Made by a program: the position numbers and the translations under genes
In this document: piece by piece, positions 50,607 to 64,000 of the stretch
Layout: each line of letters begins with the position of its first letter
Numbering within the stretch: position 1 is the first letter of the stretch
The notes under the pieces: generated by a model
What the model was told of the DNA's origin: nothing
The model's input: only the letters and a program-made list of their open reading frames with translations
The model's database searches: none
DNA from: Macrostomum lignano
Taxonomy: Eukaryota
Length of the DNA stretch: 64,000 nucleotides
Direction of reading: 5' to 3'
Assembly (NCBI GenBank): GCA_002269645.1
Contig: NIVC01001747.1
Coordinates: forward strand, 218,416-282,415

Positions 50607-51413
50607 TCACCTACCAGACGAGTTCCTCGCCGAATCAATGGTAAATATATCGAAATTGGTCACTTTACCAACATCGTTCTCAACAACCACGGCGAGCTCA
50701 GATTGCACTCGACTGTCGCTACGACTGGACAGTCTTAAATTGCTGCGGTGCCTCTGCGGACTCGACTGTTGGTCTCTGCTGGTTGGGCCGCTGTTCTCCT
50801 CAGGGAATTGTGTCTCATCCACGGCTTCGTTGTCGTAGTAGGCGTACCCGTCATCCAGGTGATGCTCCGTTGTTACAGCCGATGTTCCGGCTTCACCAGG
50901 GCTCGCAATGTACTGTTCTGACCGGTCTTTGACCAGGGATTTAATGCACAGAATCCCAGTAACCATGGCTAGCACGCTGATAACGCAGAACAGTATAATC
51001 TCGATGATGTCCGGCACAAGAGCCGGTACAATATTGAACCCGTGACGAAGACCGTTAAACAGCAGGTTCAACAAGAAGCTGATGGTACATAGCAGGCAGC
51101 CAACAACAAATGTTGCAATGAACGACCATTTCAAGCCCCGTTTGGCCGCCACAATGGCAAATGAGCCGGTCAGGATGGCGCACAGAATCGGCAGAACGGA
51201 GCCGAGTACGCTGAATGCCGTCACACCGCAGGCCGATTCGTTAGTCTTGCAGAATTCCTGAGACTCACGGATGCTCAGCAGAGCAACTGTGGCCGCCACA
51301 CGCATCACAATACAGTTACCAGTCAGCACTAGGATGGCAATGCCTATGCGAAAGATGTGCCCAGCTGGGTAGGAGTTGTAGCTTAGACGTTCGTTGCCGT
51401 CTTTACAGCACAT
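50607..51413 (-). CDS. 268-aa four-transmembrane protein, MS4A/CD20-like topology, intronless CDS
   Basis: Four hydrophobic segments (~20-48, 65-91, 97-121, 135-158); TM2 ends ILTGSFAIVAAK, like the MS4A xISGSLxIAAxK motif; acidic/Ser-rich cytoplasmic tail. The family assignment is an inference. Confidence 0.7.
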   Translation of the reverse strand: MCCKDGNERLSYNSYPAGHIFRIGIAILVLTGNCIVMRVAATVALLSIRESQEFCKTNESACGVTAFSVLGSVLPILCAILTGSFAIVAAKRGLKWSFIATFVVGCLLCTISFLLNLLFNGLRHGFNIVPALVPDIIEIILFCVISVLAMVTGILCIKSLVKDRSEQYIASPGEAGTSAVTTEHHLDDGYAYYDNEAVDETQFPEENSGPTSRDQQSSPQRHRSNLRLSSRSDSRVQSELAVVVENDVGKVTNFDIFTIDSARNSSGR

Positions 51414-52364
51414 GGCATTGCTTGGTTATAGCGGTCTCGATGCTGTGCCGTGCTACTCGCTTTGCGTGTTGCCCATTTTTTATCTATGTGGATTTTCTTT
51501 CTTTTAAAGCTCCAGCGACCCTCCCTCCTCACTTCAGTCTCTATCTCTTTCCAAGCTTGCTCTGGCTGTATTTGTTCATAGGTGTCTCCCGGCAACTCTG
51601 CATCAAAATATGCGCAAGCACCGCCTACAGCTCTCTCTCTCTTTCTCCTTTCTCTCTCTCTCTCTCTCGCTCTTTTTATTCAAAGTTGCATCGAACGAGC
51701 GAAGGCTTCGTCTTATACTCACAGCTAGCTGAAATCTATCTTTAATAAGAAGCTTAGACCTCCTACTGTCCTACCTTTCTATCTGTCTAAATTCTCTTTT
51801 TACTGAAGAAATTTGAACGCCACCCAGCCAACGGTGATTAGTTAATATCAAGCTCTCCGCGTCTGCACAAACAGCCACCAAAAATAAGAGAGACAAAAAT
51901 GAGCAGCCACTCTCGAGCCTCTCACGACTAGCTTGAAATCAAGCCAGCACAGACCCTTTAGTCTGAGCAATGTGAACAATTTTAATGAGAAACTATTTTG
52001 ATATTTTATAGTCCCATCTGTTTATCGTGTATGCCGCTCTGTCCTGCCATGGTAATGCTTGTTTTTGTTTTGGCCCTAGCCTAACGAAAAGTAGTTGCTG
52101 TGCGTGAGTGACAGCCACGGGTTTTCTGCGGTATTGACAGGTGTGCCCCAGTAAGAGGGGCCAGCGTTAATTACGTTAGCTTTTTGTGCTAGAACTTTTC
52201 AGAAGGCTTCAAATGCCAAGGTATCTATTCTTGGAGAAACATCGGGTCTACTCCTAAGATGACAAAAAATTCAAACAAAAAATTAATGAACTTCGTTATA
52301 AGGTGGTATGACAGTCTTAAATACTGAGGCGTAGCTATGGTCAGAGAAGTTAAGTAGAAAGACG

Positions 52365-52735
52365 GGTAGGGTGAGAGGTAGGTGAGAGAGGTAGGGCGAG
52401 AGGGGTAGGTTGAGGGAGGTAGGTGAGAGAGGTAGGGCGAGAGGGGTAGGTTGAGGGAGGTAGGTGAGAGAGGTAGGGCGAGAGGGGTAGGTTGAAAGAG
52501 GTAGGGTGAGGGAGGTAGGGCGAGAGAGGTAGGGTGAGAGAGGTAGGTGAGAGAGGTAGGGTAAGAGAGGTAAGAGAGGTAGCGTGAGAGAGGTAGGGTG
52601 AGAGAGGTAGGTGAGAGAGATAGGGTAAGAGAGGTAGGGTGAGAGAGGTTGGGTGAGAGAGGTAGGGTGAGAGGTAGGGTAAGAGAGGTAGAGTGAGAGA
52701 GGTACAGTAATTAGTGGAAGAGGTCGGTGATAAAG
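52365..52735. repeat. 14-bp GAGAGGTAGGGTGA repeat
   Basis: Tandem units. Confidence 0.9.
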
Positions 52736-52779
52736 GTAGGTCAAGAGAAGTAAAGTGAGAGGTAGGATAAGATAAGATC

Positions 52780-53492
52780 CTTCTCTCTCCTTATCTCTCC
52801 TTCCCTCTCCTTATCTCTCCTTCCCTCTCCTTATCTCTCCTTCCCTCTCCTCTCTCCTTCTCTCTCCTTCTTTCTCCTTCTCTCTCCTCTCTCCTTCTCT
52901 CTCCTTCTTTCTCCTTCTTTCTCCTTCTTTCTCCTTCTTTCTCCTTCCCTCTCCTTATCTCTCCTTCCCTCTCCTTATCTCTCCTTCCCTCTCCTTATCT
53001 CTCCTTCCCTCTCCTCTCTCCTTCCCTCTCCTTATCTCTCCTTCCCTCTCCTTATCTCTCCTTCCCTCTCCTTATCTCTCCTTCTCTCTCCTTCTTTCTC
53101 CTTCTCTCTCCTCTCTCCTTCTCTCTCCTTCTTTCTCCTTCTTTCTCCTTCTTTCTCCTTCTCTCTCCTTTCTCCTTCCCTCTCCTCTCTCCTTCCCTCT
53201 CCTCTCTCCTTCCCTCTCCTCTCTCTCGTTCTCTCTCTATTTCTCTCTCGTTCTCTCTCTATTTCTCTCTCTTCTCTCTCTATTTCTCTCTCGTTCTCTC
53301 TCTATTTCTCTCTCGTTCTCTCTCCTTCCCTCTCCCCTCTCCTTCCCTCTCCTCTCTCCTTCTCTCTCCTTCCCTCTCCCCTCTCCTTCCCTCTCCTCTC
53401 TCCTTCCCTCTCCTCTCTCCTTCTCTCTCCTTCTCTCTCCCTCTCTCTCCTTCTCTCTCCTTCTCTCTCCTTCCCTCTCCTCTCTCTCTCCT
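52780..53492. repeat. CT-rich polypyrimidine tract
   Basis: CTCCTT(C/A/T)CCTCT-type repeats. Confidence 0.93.
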
Positions 53493-53925
53493 TGTTTCGT
53501 ATCAAAGAAACGCTTCAATATTTTGGCCCTTTTGATTTTCCATTTGATTTTCAATGGCCAGACATCATTAAAAATAAATCAAGATTATATATATTAAATA
53601 ACTATCAAGTATGCTTAAAATCTCGTTCATAAGGTGCTACTATAAAGGAAAAAGTAGCATAGTCAAGGAAGATATGGATTCCTGGGCCATCCCATCCCCA
53701 TTGGCCCAGCCAATAGGAGCGTGTTTTGTTGTGGTTCTTTCGAGAGTCTTTGCTCCCACGGTTACTTTATATTTCTTTTGGCTTAAATTGCCAGCTTTGT
53801 CTTTTTACATATAAATCTTATTTAACGTACAGTGTGGCTCACATTAAGTCATAGACATGGACAAGTCTGCTGTGGCCGATAAATAAAACTAAATCCACAG
53901 CACTTTTATGAGACAGTCCTCAGAG

Positions 53926-56004
53926 TCAAACCCAATAGTTTACTCGCGGCTTCTGAGCGAGCCGAGTACTTTGTCGTAGCGATACAGTTGGTGTGGGCTG
54001 CTCTTGCATGCTCTGCTCCGTTCCGGTCAACTCGGTCGGGCTGTCAACAGCTTCAGGAGGTTTTGCTGGAGGTTCTTGTACTGCGGCTGATTCTTGCTTA
54101 AATTCCGTCTCCTCGACAGCCGCATCTTTCCCCTGGACCGGGTAGAGTCGCAACTGATCACGATGGGCCTTCTTGCACTGTCCATCGGCTAACCTGACCA
54201 CCGCGGTGGTGCTTCCGGTTGGAAAAACAATCTTGGCCAGAGCAGCGGTGTTGCCCGCCTTGTACACCACGTCGTCACCTGAAGACCCACAGGAACTGAG
54301 TAGAGGTACTCGAATGGTCCTGCCCATCAGCTTCTCTGTCGGCGTGACTCCAAGCTTTCCACGTGTGGCTCGTTAGAACAGCAGAAACCGATCTAGATTT
54401 TGTTGACTCAGTCCAGTGGCTCGCATCGCCTCCTTCACTGTTCGGACGAACCTTTCTGCGAGCCCGTTGCTTTGCGGGTGGTATGGCGGGGTTGTTACAT
54501 GCTGGCAACCAACACTCTTCAGCCTATTGGTTGTCTCAGCAGATACAAAACTGCGTCCATTGTCAGTCACCAGAGTCCTGGGAATTCCGAGCTGCGAAAA
54601 AGTTCGTCGTAGCCGAGACACCACTGTGGCTGATTCCATGTCGTTAGTCAGATGGACTTCTGGGTAGCTTGAGAAAGAATCTACCAACACCAATAGGTAC
54701 TGGCCATTTATTGGTCCTGCAGAGTCTGCATGTATACGATCCCACGGCTCTGTAGTATCTGGCCAGGAACTGAGGTGATTCCGGTTGCTTGATTTGACCA
54801 TCTTGCACATTGTACACCTGCTGATGTAGTCCATGACTTCCTTGTCCAAAGCTGGCCACCAGTATTGTGAGCGTATTAAAGACTTAGTCCTTTCCATGCC
54901 CAGGTGCGTCGAATGAGCTTCCTCCATGATCGTTTGTCTCAACGCACGCGGTGGAACTACTCTCAATCCTCTAATCACCAGTCCGTCTTCCATAGTTAGT
55001 TCGCTGGACACCATCTTGTAAGGCCGTAGGTCCTGGTGGTTGAAATTTCCAGTTCGGATCGCTTCTTGGAGTGGTTGTAACTCCGGACATTGCTTGGACT
55101 GAATCCGCAATTGCTCAATAGTTGAAGTCGGGTGAGCCAGTTCAATACTACCAATGCTGAGTGTTTGCCCCTGTCCGGGTCCAAGAAGTCGAGACTGATA
55201 CTGATACTGATACTCGTGCCGGTAACTCTTGGTCTGGTCCAAATACAAAAGTGAGCGGACGATTGTCGGTTATCAAAGCGAAATGCCTCCCTGCCGCCCC
55301 GTGTATAGTTGACACTGAATCGGGATTTTCTTGTCCTCGTGCACAAACTGTAGTGTGACGCAGATGGCATCCTGAGTCGGGCCTGTAATTGCTCCAATTG
55401 TGAACAGGTCGCTCATCGCTGGGTTGTGAACAGGTCCATTCATCGCTGGGGACTTGCTGGACACAAACTGCACTGAGTCGACGCGGCCTGCAGCGTCTGT
55501 CTTCGTCCGACACACCTTTTGAAAATGATTCAGCTTGCCGCACTTGCGACAAGTCTTCCCAGTTGCCGGGCACTGCATTTTTCCATGCGATGACCCACAT
55601 CGAGGACAAGTGGTGCTAGTGCTACGTTTGAACTTGCCGCGACTTTGCCCTTTCGACGATTGTCCTTTTGACTTGAGCACGCCGATCTTTATGACGGCCG
55701 TACTCTCTCCTTTTGGTGCGCACTTCATGATCTCCGTGGCTATTAAGGTGGAATGAGCCTCCGCCTCGGCAACCGCGTCCTTGAAGTTCAAGCTATGATG
55801 GTCCTTGACCAAAAGCTTGCCTACGATCTGTTGATCCATCAGACCGCAGATAAGTTGGTCCCGCAGGCGCTCGTCCTTGTTATCGAATTTGCATTTCTCC
55901 GCCGCCCGCAAAAGCCGTTCAGCGAACGCCCGCACTGACTCTCCAGGCGTGCGCGTGCACTATTGGAACGTGTACTGTTCAGCCAATACAAAGGTTGCCG
56001 GTAC
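53926..56004 (-). mobile_element. Gypsy/Ty3 LTR retrotransposon remnant (gag, protease start, RNase H end, integrase); RT deleted
   Basis: gag with LRDQLICG and two CCHC knuckles (CPRCGSSHGKMQC, CRKCGKLNHFQKVC); YTG at the protease DTG position; HFALITDNRPL (RNase H end); integrase HHCC finger (H-STH...CTMC) and DDE core (HADSAGP, TDNGRSF, PYHPQSNGLAERFVRTVK). Frameshifted; no LTRs could be delimited. Confidence 0.93.
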
Positions 56005-56168
56005 TGTAGTAGGGCATTATTTTAGGAACGGGAACTAGTTGCGGGGAAATATGCTTTTTGCCTACTATCAGTAGTTTCAACCCGGGGAAATAATTAGAGC
56101 TATTACCCCTATTAGGGGTAAATCGCTAGTTTTGGGGTTTCTCCAGAACTACAGAGCAGTTGGGCTCT

Positions 56169-57026
56169 GGTTTTGTCTCGCATAGAGGCGCCTAACCGCA
56201 GTACCTCTGTGAAACTTGTCTGCCTGGCTGAAAGCTTGTAATGAGTGAGTAGGCTGGGTTGGAGGGTAATAGTGGATCGGGAAGGGCTGTGGGTAGCTGT
56301 ATAGGAAGGCAGGCCTATACCTGTACCAGTTGGTGCTCTGACGGTCCCCCTCGGAGTGCCCTCTGAGCGTACAGCCAGCGACCCTATTAAAGCAGGAGTG
56401 TGCCAGAACCAGGACTGAGTCTGAGCAGGACGAGACCGTTGGCACGGTCACTATAGAAATGGCGGGTTGGCGAAGCAAAGGGTGAAATAGTCCCGGCGAT
56501 TAGCCCTCCTGCCGCTTCAAAGATAAGAGGCTGTCTTGGCAAGAGTACCCGGGGTCTAGTTGGGGGGGGGGGAGGCTCCTCGAGGGTTGCCACGGCCGTG
56601 GGGGCGGTCATATGACCGGTTTTTTGGCTTTTCTAACCCGGAAAAGGCACGGGCTTCCCTGATTGGTTCACTCAACCCCCTCTGGCCCCGGGGAGGTTTA
56701 TGTACGTTTGGCAGAGTACCCGGGGGTGGTGGGTGGTCGGCCCCGGCATGGTAGCCACGGCCCTCGGCCTTCGGGCCAACCCTAATAGGCATGGGGTCCA
56801 TCTAACCTGGTTTTTTGGGCACGGGCTTCCTGACTGGTATGTCGTTCCGCTGTCACTGTCCCCCGGGGAGGTTTTGATTTGTCATTTGCCCTTTGTACAG
56901 TCCTCTTAGCTCCAATTAGGATCTCAGTGTACATAAGTACACTCCCAACCTGGAATTAATATTTATCTAGTGGCGTAAGAGCCTGATCAATGGCTGAGGC
57001 GCCGAATTACTTATTACTGTTACTGT
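56169..57026 (+). mobile_element. 858-bp insertion flanked by a 19-bp direct repeat, with a (TTACTG)n-type tail; probable retroposon fragment
   Basis: TACAGAGCAGTTGGGCTCT at 56150-56168 and 57027-57045; the insert is GC-rich, has no recognisable ORF, and ends TTATTACTGTTACTG(T). Confidence 0.65.
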
Positions 57027-57531
57027 TACAGAGCAGTTGGGCTCTTGGGAAAGCATCTTCTCCCGTCCTCCGACATGTTTGTTGCTGCTACACGTACTTA
57101 AAGTAATATAATTGAAAAATCTGCACGAAAAAAGAAAATAACAGCAATCCTTCTACAAGCTTTCAGGCTATTATATTTTAAGAATTGATTTCTAGTAATT
57201 AGCAGCAACAGTCGAGCTTGTGTATTTGGTGATAAAATGATCCAACATCACAGATGGAAGCAGAGAAAGCATGCACATGCGAAAAATGGATTTTTTAAAT
57301 GAATCTTATTTACAAAGAAAGAGTCACGAACTGTAGTGTTAACTAATCAAACAGATTAACACAATAATCCTTTCATTGTAAAATCATTTTTAAAAAAAGA
57401 CTAAATTGATCGGTTGACAAAGAAGAGACAAATTTGAGACAAAAAATGCTAGATATTTTACTCTCCTTGACATCCGACTACTTGACCAGCATTTTCTCTA
57501 CTGCAACCCTAAATTTTACTATTTTATTTTC

Positions 57532-57723
57532 GGGCCGTGCAGAAAGCTCTGTCTAGGGTAGTCCGGTCTTGAAAAGCTAGTCTGGACTTGGATTTGGTGT
57601 GCAGAAACACAAAGTTAGACCGGTCTACTATAGACAGAACTAAGGTAGCTAGACCATAGACTATAGACTGAACTACCCAAGTCCGGACTAGCTAGTCTAG
57701 ACTAAGCTTTCTGCATTTGGCCC
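57532..57723. mobile_element. ~190-bp MITE-like element, PIF/Harbinger-like
   Basis: Imperfect TIRs GGGCC(G)TGCAGAAAGCT / AGCTTTCTGCA(TTT)GGCCC; inner inverted pair GCTAGTCTGGACTTGG / CCAAGTCCGGACTAGC; TTC on both flanks (3-bp TSD; the usual Harbinger TSD is TWA). Confidence 0.55.
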
Positions 57724-57819
57724 TTCATGTTTTACCATAGACAGTCAATCGAGATAAAAGCGCCAAACAGACAGGGAAAACTCCGTTAGCATTTGTTGAC
57801 AACATTTGGTTGTAGAGTC

Positions 57820-58200
57820 CTTCTGCTTTTGTACTTTCTGTTTGTACTTTCTGCTATTGTACTCTCTGTTTGTACTTTCTGCTATTGTACTTTCTGCTAT
57901 TGTAATTTCTGTTTGTACTTTCTGCTATTGTACTTTCTGCTATTGTACTTTCTGTTTGAACTTTCTGCTTTTGTACTTTCTGTTTGTGTACTTTCTGCTA
58001 TTGTACTCTCTGTTTGTACTTTCTGCTATTGTACTCTCTGTTTGTACTTTCTGCTTTTGTACTTTCTGTTTGTGTACTTTCTGCTATTGTACTTTCTCTT
58101 TGTACTTTCTGATATTGTACTTTCTGTTTGTACCTTCTGCTTTTGTACTTTCTGTTTGTGTACTTTCTGCTATTGTACTTTCTGTTTGTACTTTCTGTTT
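57820..58200. repeat. 15-bp minisatellite GTACTTTCTG(C/T)T(A/T)TT
   Basis: Tandem units. Confidence 0.92.
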
Positions 58201-58471
58201 TTGAAACGAAAATTTTAGGGGCAACCCATACACAGACAGTTCACATCCATGAGGGCCCATGAGGAGTGTATATGCTTTAAAGATTTGAAAGTCTGTGCCG
58301 CTCTACACCCTGTGTGAGGGTGAGTGCGAGTGCGTGTGCTATTATCACGTACATGTAGGTGGGCGCCCCTGTCTCTTGATGAGCGTCCCTAACTTTATCT
58401 CCTAAGCCGATAGAAAAGCTTGAGCTCCCGTCATTTTAAAATTACGACAATTGATAACTCAAATAGTACTT

Positions 58472-64000
<5,529 letters not shown>

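Noticed and set aside
56975-57010. Hammerhead ribozyme-like CTGATCA..GGC..GCC GAAT
   Set aside because: The core deviates at conserved positions (CTGATCA instead of CTGANGA, GAAT instead of GAAA) and no stems I/III were found.

Overview
Eukaryotic (animal) genomic DNA with GT-AG spliced genes whose introns are filled with mini- and microsatellites. This architecture resembles the flatworm Macrostomum lignano, but that is an inference from genome style, not an identification. Contents in order: (1) the 3' part of a cytochrome-b5 front-end fatty-acid desaturase (FADS2-like) gene, present twice in a near-identical ~7.2-7.6 kb tandem duplication (<1-7185 and ~7186-14565). Each copy also carries a CpG-free decayed LINE-RT-like stretch, a tRNA-derived CORE-type SINE and a LINE 3' fragment, and the two gene copies have different lesions. 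(2) A 4-exon, ~501-aa protein built from four copies of a ~100-aa uncharacterised domain (17560-23667, +). (3) A possible one-TM ORF (25548-26180, -). (4) Two divergently oriented paralogues, reconstructed here by hand, that share an unnamed ~270-aa core and intron phases (29051-35652, - and 38442-44232, +). (5) A 3-exon unknown gene (45855-49114, +) and a 4-TM MS4A/CD20-like ORF (50607-51413, -). (6) An internally deleted Gypsy LTR retrotransposon, an 858-bp TSD-flanked insertion and two MITEs. (7) A low-complexity gene running off the right end (-). Most long ORFs in the supplied track are artefacts of tandem repeats. All gene models were spliced and translated by eye; no database searches were run.
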